Positions 28,849 to 37,430 of a stretch of DNA of 64,000 nt are shown here, in pieces. The position numbers and the translations under genes are program-made. Position 1 is the first letter of the stretch. The number at the start of each line of letters is the position of its first letter. The notes beneath the pieces were generated by a model. It saw only the letters and a program-made list of their open reading frames with translations, was not told where the DNA came from and made no database searches. This stretch comes from Deltaproteobacteria bacterium (GTDB taxonomy: Bacteria; Desulfobacterota; GWC2-55-46). The stretch spans positions 57,315 to 121,314 of the forward strand of contig JBBTBW010000002.1 in the NCBI GenBank assembly GCA_038043525.1. The letters run 5' to 3'.

Positions 28849-31800
28849 ATGGAGAGCATACTCAAAAAACGCTCAAGGAAGGGACAAGGCGGCTTCACCC
28901 TTGTCGAGGTCCTCATGGCGGTCTTTATAACCGGTATCATCGCCATCGGCGTATATTCGGTCTATAACACCTTTTACAGGCAGAGCGACAGGCAGGACAA
29001 GGCGCTCGAAGCCCAGCAGAACGCAAGGGTCGCAATAGGGCTGATGGAAAGGGAGCTTGTCAACGCAGGCTACGCCGCAGGCACGCCGGATATAATCACA
29101 GAGGCTACTGCTACGTCGATCGAGTTCATCTATTCAGACCCTTCCACCGACCCTGCCGAGAGCCCGACCGCCGGAAACAGGTTGCAGGTAAGGTACGGCC
29201 TCCAGACTACCGGAAGCGTGCAGTACCTCGTAAGGAAGGCTGATAACCTCTCTACAGCTTCCACAGGTTCTACTGACGACGTCATACCGTACGTCCAGTC
29301 CATGACCCTTACGTATCATGATATAGACGGCAACGTTATAGCGGATACGACAACTCAGCCGAACCGCAACACGATCAAGTTCGTCACGGTTTCTATCGTC
29401 GCCCAGTCTAAGCCTGAACCGGGCAGGAACCCCAAGGTCTTCACCGTCGAGACGCACATAAGGCTGAGAAACATAGGCATCGGGCAGACATCCGTTGACG
29501 CTACTCCTCCATCCGCGCCGCTTGGCATACAGGTGAGGGACCCGGGTCAGTGCGAGAGGCTCAAGGTCAAATGGACCGAGAACACCGAGGGCGACATCAT
29601 GGGCTACCAGCTCTTTTTCGGTACCTCTTCAGGCGCCTATACCGGCATCATCAACATACCGCTTACAGTGCTCTCTTCCACGAACTATGCCTGCGTGAGG
29701 GCCTCCGGTTCTATCGAGTGCACAATATTTCCAAATAACCCTGTCTTTGCGTATACGCAGTCGACCGCAGTCTCAGGCACGACCTATTTTGTCGCTTTAG
29801 AGGCGTATGACAACAGCCTTAACAGGAGCGCGTTTTCAGCGGAAGTCAGCGGGGACCCGTCCCCGAGCAGCGCTGTTTTTGATGCCGGGTCAGATGATTC
29901 GACTATAAACCCGATTAAGCCCGTAGCTGTCACAGGATTTACCGGCACGGACGGCCCTTCTGACGGGTCGGTGACGCTCAACTGGTCGGCGTATGATCTC
30001 GCGTCGTCCCCTGACGTTACAGGGTTCAGGGTCTACAGGTCCCTTTCGCCTTTTGCCGCCTACCCTATAGACCCGAACCTTGCGGGCATCGACTGGATAG
30101 CAGGCGAGCCTTTGAGCGGCAAGCCTGAGATAGCCAAGTCGGCAACGACCTATACTGACAGCGGTCCGAACCTTGTCGGTTGCACGAAATATTATTACGC
30201 TATAGCCCCTGTCAACTGCGATCCGACTCTTATAACCGACGACGGCGGAGATCCGGCCTCGAAAAAGTATATAGCCTCTGACTATGCCGTAGCATACGGC
30301 GACGGAGTCGGCGTTGAGGTGGATTCTCCTTCAGGGGCCGATACAGCACCGCCTGATACTGCTATTCCGGCCGCGCCTGCCGCGTTTGACGCTCGCGCCG
30401 GTTGGAAGAGGGTTGCGATAGCGCTTACTCAGCCCTCTGATATCGATCTCTACCAGACGTGCATATACGCGAACCAGGGCGCAGCGTATCCGGCGCTTCT
30501 AGGTACAAAGGACGCGATCGGGTGCTTTAACCCTTCTTCAGGGATAAAGCTATTTGAATCAGACGGCGCCCTTAATACCGGCGAGGTGCCGATCAGCGGC
30601 TCAACGTCGTTCTGGCATAACTCCATGACAGTCCTCACATCCAGCCCGAACCTTGCCGAGACAGGCGTATATTCGTATACCGCAGTATCGTTCGACCTTT
30701 GCGGCAACGGTTCACCGGCATCTTCAGCTCAGGCTACTACGACCCTTTGCGGCGAGGACCCTCCGGTACTGCCTGACGTAGACTCATTCGGCTATGGTCA
30801 GGCGGCCCCGGGCAAGCCTCCGGCAGTCTCAGGCGTGACAGGCGCCGGGTGCGGCGGGGAACCCGAGTCGATCGATCTCGCGTGGACAGGGGTATCGAGC
30901 AACATCTCGGCATCTTCATCCGAGTTCAATCCGTATGACCTCGCAGGCTACAGGATATTCAGGGGTACGGACGCTACGGACTGGAGCGGCGCGACACTTC
31001 TAAATGAGACCGCTCCGTTCTGGGGGACCGCGTACAGCGACGCTAATTCAACGGACGGCGGGCCTTACTACTACAGGGTCGTATCGACCGATTGCCCTTA
31101 TGAGAAGAACAACCCTGCTGCAGGCATTGTCAGGGCTGATATGAGCAGCGGCTACTTAAGGTCCGCGCAGTACGGCCCTATATATCCCGGCAAGATCTCA
31201 AGGGATGAAAAATGCACAGGGGCCGGTTCCTGCACCAAGGACGACCACAGGGAGATCCTCACAGGCGTGACCCTGTCTGCCAGTAACACGTCTACGCCGT
31301 CAACGTCTTTTTATCACAACACCGTGACGATGTTCTTCGAGAACACGAGCGGGTCTACAATGACCATACAGGGCGCCTCTGTCAGCTGGGTCAACTCCTC
31401 GGCGCTCCTTCGCGAGGTCAAGATCGGCGGAGGTAGAGGTGGCGTCGGCCAGACTACTACGAGCATAGGCTCCGGCAGCACGACCCCTGTCGTAGGCAAC
31501 CCTCCGTACACTAGCGCAGTTGCCAACATAGCCCTTACTGCCGCCCAGATACCGGCGCTCGTCAGGTACGTCCCTATTACATTCGAGTTCAAGGATTCCG
31601 TCGGGACGAAGAACGTCGATATGAGGGATGACCAGCTCCTTGTTACCCTTAACGTCAGAAACGATTCTACCGGCACAACGACTTGCATGTCGTATATGAC
31701 CGTCTCGCTTGCCCAGGAGGGCGTGATAGTGCCCTACGGCCCGTCCATCAGCGCCGCGCAGCAGGACAAGCCGACGAGCCCGACCTTCGGGTACGCTGTG

Positions 31801-33204
31801 CCTGGCCCGACAGGCCTTAATACCGTGCCATCAGGCACCAACGGCTCTATCGTCGTAGACGCAGGCTCGTCAGTAACGGTATCAGCGTCCATCGAAGGGC
31901 TTACCACGAACCCTGTCACAGGCCTCAAGGTGCCTGTCTCATCTGCTACGCTCTATTACGTAGCGACCCTAAAGACCGTGACAGTCGCGCCGACAAGCGG
32001 CTATACGTCGGTTGCCATGACGAATACGAGCGGTAACACCTGGAGCGGCAACGTACCGTCGAATGACAACAAGCGCGTCTGGTACTACATCGTCGCAAAC
32101 GACCTTGACGGCAACTTCGACAGGGACCCTGAGATAGCGCACGGTGCGTACGTCTATGACCAGAAGACGTTCAGTATATGCGATGTGACGCCTTCTACTC
32201 CTACGGGCTTCGTTGCCTTGAACCCGACGTTCGACTTCACGGTTGACCTCTCATGGATAGCGGTGACGACGTACACCGGAGGCTCTGCGCTTGACGCCTC
32301 TGATGCGATAACCTACCGCATATTCAGGAACGGCACTCAGATAGTAGCGTCCCAGGCAGGCACGACTTACACTGATACAGTGCCTTCGAGCGGCATATAC
32401 ACCTATACGGTGATGGCGAGAAACGCCTGCGCAAGCCCTTCTCCCAAGGAGAGCGCTGTAGCCACTACAGCGGCATGCGGCGGATCTTCGGCGTCAGCGA
32501 CCCTGACTGTCACTCCGACCTCCATATTCAGGGGCGAGAGCTACACAGTCAACATTGTCGACTGCTACGCGCTCACAGGCCCGACAGGCCTCTATTATAC
32601 CTCGCAGGAGACGATAAACCTGACGTCCGGGTTCACAGGCTTTAACAACACCAGCACCGGAGGCGGCAGTTACGCGCCGCAGATAACCGAGACAGGGCCG
32701 GCTACCGCGACCTTTAATACTACTGTCACAACGACCAGCAGCTCGTCTGATCCGACCAAGCTCCTGACGCTTGCCACTGACACGGTTACTGTCACGTATC
32801 CGTTCGCGACGCCGTCTACGAGGACCGTAAGCGTGGTCGTCGACCCGTGCACCAATACGCCTAATGCTCCTACAGGCCTTACCGGGACCGTCTCAGGGCA
32901 GAACATCACGCTTAACTGGACGGCGGTAACGCAGAACACGGATAGCTCCGCCATAACCGACCTTGCTGGGTACAGGGTATATGAGAAGGTCTGCGCCAAG
33001 AACAAGCCGAACTGCACAGGCGCGGATATAGTGACCGACTGGTTCTTAAGGACGTCTGCGGCATCAGGCACCACTACGGCCACTGTGAACGCCGACAACG
33101 GCGCTATCAACCAGAGGATCTACTACTTCAAGACTACGGCGATAGATTCATGCTCTACTGTTAAGGAGAGCGGGTACTCCAACGTATGGAACGAGACGAA
33201 CTAA
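28849..33204 (+). CDS. giant PilW/GspJ-like minor pilin fused to FN3-like repeat extension (1,451 aa)
   Basis: Class III signal KGQGG|FTLVEVLMAVFITG. The first ~215 aa are PilW-like (QQNARVAIGLMERELVNAGY). At least 6 modules follow with W...[YF]R[IV][FY]...Y.Y.V.A.D signatures. A single uninterrupted ORF with an AGAGGA RBS. Confidence 0.8.
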   Translation: MESILKKRSRKGQGGFTLVEVLMAVFITGIIAIGVYSVYNTFYRQSDRQDKALEAQQNARVAIGLMERELVNAGYAAGTPDIITEATATSIEFIYSDPSTDPAESPTAGNRLQVRYGLQTTGSVQYLVRKADNLSTASTGSTDDVIPYVQSMTLTYHDIDGNVIADTTTQPNRNTIKFVTVSIVAQSKPEPGRNPKVFTVETHIRLRNIGIGQTSVDATPPSAPLGIQVRDPGQCERLKVKWTENTEGDIMGYQLFFGTSSGAYTGIINIPLTVLSSTNYACVRASGSIECTIFPNNPVFAYTQSTAVSGTTYFVALEAYDNSLNRSAFSAEVSGDPSPSSAVFDAGSDDSTINPIKPVAVTGFTGTDGPSDGSVTLNWSAYDLASSPDVTGFRVYRSLSPFAAYPIDPNLAGIDWIAGEPLSGKPEIAKSATTYTDSGPNLVGCTKYYYAIAPVNCDPTLITDDGGDPASKKYIASDYAVAYGDGVGVEVDSPSGADTAPPDTAIPAAPAAFDARAGWKRVAIALTQPSDIDLYQTCIYANQGAAYPALLGTKDAIGCFNPSSGIKLFESDGALNTGEVPISGSTSFWHNSMTVLTSSPNLAETGVYSYTAVSFDLCGNGSPASSAQATTTLCGEDPPVLPDVDSFGYGQAAPGKPPAVSGVTGAGCGGEPESIDLAWTGVSSNISASSSEFNPYDLAGYRIFRGTDATDWSGATLLNETAPFWGTAYSDANSTDGGPYYYRVVSTDCPYEKNNPAAGIVRADMSSGYLRSAQYGPIYPGKISRDEKCTGAGSCTKDDHREILTGVTLSASNTSTPSTSFYHNTVTMFFENTSGSTMTIQGASVSWVNSSALLREVKIGGGRGGVGQTTTSIGSGSTTPVVGNPPYTSAVANIALTAAQIPALVRYVPITFEFKDSVGTKNVDMRDDQLLVTLNVRNDSTGTTTCMSYMTVSLAQEGVIVPYGPSISAAQQDKPTSPTFGYAVPGPTGLNTVPSGTNGSIVVDAGSSVTVSASIEGLTTNPVTGLKVPVSSATLYYVATLKTVTVAPTSGYTSVAMTNTSGNTWSGNVPSNDNKRVWYYIVANDLDGNFDRDPEIAHGAYVYDQKTFSICDVTPSTPTGFVALNPTFDFTVDLSWIAVTTYTGGSALDASDAITYRIFRNGTQIVASQAGTTYTDTVPSSGIYTYTVMARNACASPSPKESAVATTAACGGSSASATLTVTPTSIFRGESYTVNIVDCYALTGPTGLYYTSQETINLTSGFTGFNNTSTGGGSYAPQITETGPATATFNTTVTTTSSSSDPTKLLTLATDTVTVTYPFATPSTRTVSVVVDPCTNTPNAPTGLTGTVSGQNITLNWTAVTQNTDSSAITDLAGYRVYEKVCAKNKPNCTGADIVTDWFLRTSAASGTTTATVNADNGAINQRIYYFKTTAIDSCSTVKESGYSNVWNETN

Positions 33205-33213
33205 GGGGCTCAC

Positions 33214-34416
33214 ATGTTCAGAAAAGATGATGGCGGCGAGAAGGGCTTCGTACTGATACTGGCGCTCGTGACGATGGTCGCGATGACGCTCATAGGCGTA
33301 AGCCTTGTCTCCAATATGACGACCGATATCCAGCTGTCACGGAACGAGCGCGAGTCGAAGATCGCCTTCCAGCTCGCAGAGGCCGGCGTAAACGAGGCGA
33401 TTTCCAGACTGCACCTTCCAACGCTGGCCGACCCCAGGTACGTCGGAGAAAAGACCACCGATGCCGGCTACAGGACGACCGGATGGGCGGGCTATGTTTT
33501 CAATTCCGATGTTGCCGTAATAGGCACGCTTGGCAGCGGCCAGAGCTACGCGGTCATTGTCAGGTATCTCGGAGAGTCCAATACCGAGGGGTTCTGCGAT
33601 GACAACGACGTGACCAATACGTCATTGACTGCGGCTGTCCCTCCGGCCTCTTGTGATGAGACCCCGGAAGAGGTCGCGATGTACGGCAGGGACTTTAATA
33701 TCGACGCGAGCGTGACAAGCATAAGTTACGGCAGGCTGCCTATCTATCACATAACCTCGACAGGGACAGTCAACAGTACGACAAGGACCGTTCATGCCTA
33801 TGTCGGCGGAAGCTCTCTTAACACCGATACTGAAGCGGGCATCAATACGAACAGTACTATCACCTGGAACGGCGGGGATTGCACTACGTCTGTCGCGCCT
33901 GCCGGCAGTTGCAAGGAGACGCAGGCCAATGACTACCCGACATATCTCGGCGAAGACCTGACGACGACCGTCAGGGACATGGCCGATGAGCAGCACCAGT
34001 GCTCAACAGGCACTTGCAGCGGAGCCGGTGATGATATACCCTCTAACGGTCAGCTTGATACTGTCGTGGCGGATTGGGGCGACGCAGCTGGCAATAGCAA
34101 CTCGACATTTTTATATATAGACAACCCAGGGCGTCAGGTAAAGATGACGGGCCTTGTCGGAAGGGGCATACTGATAGTGACGGGTGATCTTGATCTTGCC
34201 GGTAATGTCACTTATGAAGGGCTCATATATGTCCTCGGCCAGTTGACGATAAGCGGCGGCGGCGCTACCGTTAAGAATATCACCGGAGGGATAATGGCCC
34301 GCGACGTGGTAACCTTGAACGGCAGTAATCTCACGGTCGCGTACGACCAGGCGACGCTTCTCGATGTTGCCAGACAGCACAGCTCGTCAGCAATGATAGT
34401 CTGGAAGAGGCTGTAG
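33214..34416 (+). CDS. PilX/GspK-like pilus assembly protein (400 aa)
   Basis: N-terminus EKGFVLILALVTMVAMTLIG...QLSRNERESKIAFQLAEAGVNEA (PilX N-terminal pattern, no E at +5, as in GspK). It is the last gene before a strong terminator. Confidence 0.7.
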   Translation: MFRKDDGGEKGFVLILALVTMVAMTLIGVSLVSNMTTDIQLSRNERESKIAFQLAEAGVNEAISRLHLPTLADPRYVGEKTTDAGYRTTGWAGYVFNSDVAVIGTLGSGQSYAVIVRYLGESNTEGFCDDNDVTNTSLTAAVPPASCDETPEEVAMYGRDFNIDASVTSISYGRLPIYHITSTGTVNSTTRTVHAYVGGSSLNTDTEAGINTNSTITWNGGDCTTSVAPAGSCKETQANDYPTYLGEDLTTTVRDMADEQHQCSTGTCSGAGDDIPSNGQLDTVVADWGDAAGNSNSTFLYIDNPGRQVKMTGLVGRGILIVTGDLDLAGNVTYEGLIYVLGQLTISGGGATVKNITGGIMARDVVTLNGSNLTVAYDQATLLDVARQHSSSAMIVWKRL

Positions 34417-34442
34417 GCAAAGAGTACAGCTTGTCTCGTTTT

Positions 34443-34481
34443 ACGGCGCGCCCCGATTAGAAGGGGCGCGCCGTTTTTTTT
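34443..34481 (+). terminator. strong intrinsic terminator ending the minor-pilin operon
   Basis: Perfect 12-bp GC-rich stem ACGGCGCGCCCC / GGGGCGCGCCGT, 8-nt loop, T8 tail. Confidence 0.9.
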
Positions 34482-34525
34482 GCCGGTAACCTGCTAAGGC
34501 GGTTCACACCCGCCAAATGTTTTTC

Positions 34526-35260
34526 TTTTGCGAGCCCTTGTGCGCTTTTCGGGTATGGCTCGAACGGCCCTTGTAAGAAATATCTATCTGACTCCGGCTT
34601 TGCACTTAGGTGCGTCTTTTTGGGTATGGCTCCCTTCGCTGTCGGGCCGACTCGCAGAAGAAACAGATGCCTGCTCGTCGGCCCTCCTTTATGCTCATTC
34701 CACCATACCCGGGTTGTTTCAAGACAAAGATAAAGCAACTTCGTCTGCCGGGTTTTGTATCAAGGCAAAGGCCAAATTCAAAGGCTGGGAGTCTTGTCCT
34801 TACTCCTCCCATTATTATAAGGGGAGGCCGGGAGGGGTTAGCAGTAAGCGGTGTTTATTTTGCGCACTTCCATGCGCTTTTCGGGTATGGCTCGAACGGC
34901 CTTTGTAAAAAACATCTATCTGATTTCAGCTTTGCACTTGTAGTGCGCAAAAGAAGCAGCGGCCTTGTGGGGTAGTTCTGAATGACTGAGTTACTTGGAG
35001 CCTTTTAATTTCGCGACCATGCAATATTGCATGGTCGTGGCAGTTAAACAAACCCCGGGTCATGGCGTAGCGAGCCTGACTGCGAGTCGGCACGAAAGCG
35101 AAGCGAGCCATACCCGAAAGCCACGGCAGTGTGCAAAAGAAGCAGTGGCCTGGAAGAGTTGTTATGAAAGACTAAAGAGCGCAGAACCACCTCTCCCAGT
35201 TCCTCCTTGTGAAGGAGGGGAGCACAGAGGCGCACTCCACTGCGCAAAAGAAAAACCGGC
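34526..35260. repeat. composite array of the intergenic structured repeats, copy C (inverted and direct units)
   Basis: ~90-bp direct repeats at 34526-34615 and 34857-34945. A diverged inverted full core at 34611-34720. Inverted module 2 at 34799-34853. A + strand core with a ~30-nt internal deletion at 35047-35150. A CCTCCTT/AAGGAGG hairpin near 35200-35216. Confidence 0.85.
35014..35037. repeat. 24-bp perfect palindrome
   Basis: CGACCATGCAAT|ATTGCATGGTCG is its own reverse complement. Confidence 0.95.
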
Positions 35261-35431
35261 TGATACACCCATTCTGTCATAAAATGCACGTCACTTTTTT
35301 TTCGGTTTGCGACCTGCGTCACATAGCCGCGGAACATTATCTGGTATCTTTAAAAAACCGGGAGATTCTTCCTCAGGTTTTTTTTAGCTCTTTTCTAATT
35401 ATATATAGTTATAGGCAATTATGAAAAATGG

Positions 35432-35460
35432 TTGACAACTTCATATTATTGGAATAGAGT
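35432..35460 (+). promoter_or_regulatory. candidate sigma-70 promoter upstream of the XRE-pilM genes
   Basis: Consensus TTGACA (35432-35437), 17-nt spacer, TAGAGT (35455-35460), in an AT-rich stretch. Confidence 0.4.
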
Positions 35461-35554
35461 TTACGCAGAGTCGGTAAAATTGACTTTCATGCCTCCATAA
35501 TTCATTTAAGATTATGCCTTTAGCCTCCGATGTGACTTTAGTGCTTGCGCAATT

Positions 35555-35749
35555 ATGAAAAATAATCTAAAGAAGATACGGGAAGCGATGCTTCTCAGCA
35601 AATCAGAGCTCGCCAGGAAGGCCGGCATATCCACTCTAACGATCGACAGGATCGAGAAGGGCTATCCATGCAGGGTCGATACCAAGCGAAAGCTTATACA
35701 CGCCCTGGGGTTCAAAATCTCCGAAAAGACAAAACTCTTTTTGGACTAA
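35555..35749 (+). CDS. small XRE-family helix-turn-helix protein (64 aa)
   Basis: LSKSELARKAGISTLTIDRIEKG matches the HTH_XRE pattern. It sits immediately upstream of pilM. Confidence 0.7.
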   Translation: MKNNLKKIREAMLLSKSELARKAGISTLTIDRIEKGYPCRVDTKRKLIHALGFKISEKTKLFLD

Positions 35750-35760
35750 GAGGTTTATAG

Positions 35761-36837
35761 ATGGATCTTTCCTTTTTAAGCCTTCCTTTTCTGAAGAAAA
35801 AAGATACTGTCGCGCTTGACATCGGCTCCAACTCCGTCAAGCTCGTGCAGATGGTCAGGTCCAAGAAGGGTTGGGAGCTGTTAAAGCTCGGTATGGCCGC
35901 CCTTCCGCCCGAGGCTATAGTCGACGGCTCGATAATCGACTCGATGACGGTCACAAGCACCATCAAGGACCTTGTGAAGGAGCACGGTGTCAAGGTCAAG
36001 GACACGGTATCATCCCTTACCGGACATTCGGTCATCATAAAGAAGGTGAGCTTTCCGGCAATGACCGAAGACGAGCTTGCCGAATCGATCCAGTGGGAGG
36101 CCGAGCAGTACATACCCTTCCCGGTCGCCGACGTCAACATTGATTTTCAGATACTCGGTTCGGACACAGAGGGCAGGGGCCAGATGGACGTCATGCTCGT
36201 GGCCGTGAAGAAGGACGTCATAAACGACTATACGAACGTCATCAGAGAGGCAGGCCTCAACCCTGTTGTGATAGACGTCGATTCTTTCGCCCTTGAGAAC
36301 ATGATGGAGATCAACTATCCGGTGACGCCTGGCGAGAATATCGCAATGGTGAACGTCGGCGCCTCCATCACCAGCATATCTATCGTCTACGGCGGCCTCA
36401 CCATATTCACCCGCTCCATTCCGATGGGAGGCAACCAGTTCACGGAAGAGATGCAGAGGCAGTTGAACGTCAGCTTCAAGGACGCCGAAGATATGAAGAC
36501 CGGCAAGAAAGAGGCCGCGGAGCCTGACGGACTTCTCTCGGCCATCGAGTCAGTATCTAACAACCTCGCGTTCGAGGTCAAAAGGTCTCTCGACTTTTTC
36601 CTCGGCGGGGCGCAGGGCTCTTACGTCAACAAGATATATCTGAGCGGCGGCGGCTCAACCATTGCCGGGCTTCGCGAGATGATGCAGGAGAAGACCTCTA
36701 TTCCGGTCGACGTGGCCGACCCATTCAAGAACATAGAGGCCGACGCCAAGCAGTTCGACAAAGAGAGATTGAAACTGGTCGCCCCGTACTTCGGCGTGGC
36801 CGTAGGCCTTGCCACAAGGAGGTTTGCAGATAGATGA
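35761..36837 (+). CDS. pilM: type IV pilus assembly protein PilM (actin-like ATPase fold)
   Basis: Motifs LDIGSNSVKLV, DVDSFALEN and YLSGGGS. Followed by pilNOPQ. Confidence 0.9.
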   Translation: MDLSFLSLPFLKKKDTVALDIGSNSVKLVQMVRSKKGWELLKLGMAALPPEAIVDGSIIDSMTVTSTIKDLVKEHGVKVKDTVSSLTGHSVIIKKVSFPAMTEDELAESIQWEAEQYIPFPVADVNIDFQILGSDTEGRGQMDVMLVAVKKDVINDYTNVIREAGLNPVVIDVDSFALENMMEINYPVTPGENIAMVNVGASITSISIVYGGLTIFTRSIPMGGNQFTEEMQRQLNVSFKDAEDMKTGKKEAAEPDGLLSAIESVSNNLAFEVKRSLDFFLGGAQGSYVNKIYLSGGGSTIAGLREMMQEKTSIPVDVADPFKNIEADAKQFDKERLKLVAPYFGVAVGLATRRFADR

Positions 36838-37430
36838 TCCGCATAAACCTTCTGCCCGTCAGGGCCGCAAAGAAAAAAGAGTCCTTGAGGTTTCAGCTCA
36901 CGGTGGCCGGCCTCGTGTCCTTCCTTGTCTTCGTAGTCATGATGGCCGTTTATATCTCCAAACGCAGCGAGGCGTCGAATCTTGATGAAGACCTCTCCAG
37001 GGGTAATGTCGAGCTTGAGGAATTAAAGAAAAAGATCGGCGAACTCGACAAGATAAAAGAGCAGAAGAGGATAGTAGAAGAGAAGCTCAACGTCATAAGG
37101 AGCCTTGAGGCCGCCAAGACCGGTCCTGTGAACCTTTTTGCAAGGGTGGGCGGAGCTATACCGCCGACCGCGTGGCTTTCTTCCATAAAAGACGAGGGCG
37201 CAATGGTAGTGCTCAAGGGTTTTGCCGCAGATGACGAGGTCGTTGCGGACTTCATGAGGGGCCTCCAGAAACACAAGGAACTCGGGAACGTTGAGCTAGA
37301 GGTCGCCCAGCGGACTATCGAGAAGGAGACCGGCTCGGATGTGGTCGGCTTCACCATAAGGCTTGAGAAGAAGGTTGAAAAGCCCAAGGAGAAAGAGAAG
37401 CCCGGCAAGAAGAAGGAGAAGAAGCAGTGA
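36834..37430 (+). CDS. pilN: type IV pilus assembly protein PilN
   Basis: N-terminal MIRINLLP motif, single TM, coiled coil. The start overlaps the pilM stop. Confidence 0.85.
   Translation: MIRINLLPVRAAKKKESLRFQLTVAGLVSFLVFVVMMAVYISKRSEASNLDEDLSRGNVELEELKKKIGELDKIKEQKRIVEEKLNVIRSLEAAKTGPVNLFARVGGAIPPTAWLSSIKDEGAMVVLKGFAADDEVVADFMRGLQKHKELGNVELEVAQRTIEKETGSDVVGFTIRLEKKVEKPKEKEKPGKKKEKKQ

Noticed and set aside
34526-35260. Possible CRISPR array, because of multiple short repeated units in a gene-free region.
   Set aside because: The units are in both orientations, of unequal length and irregular spacing, and there are no cas genes in the window.
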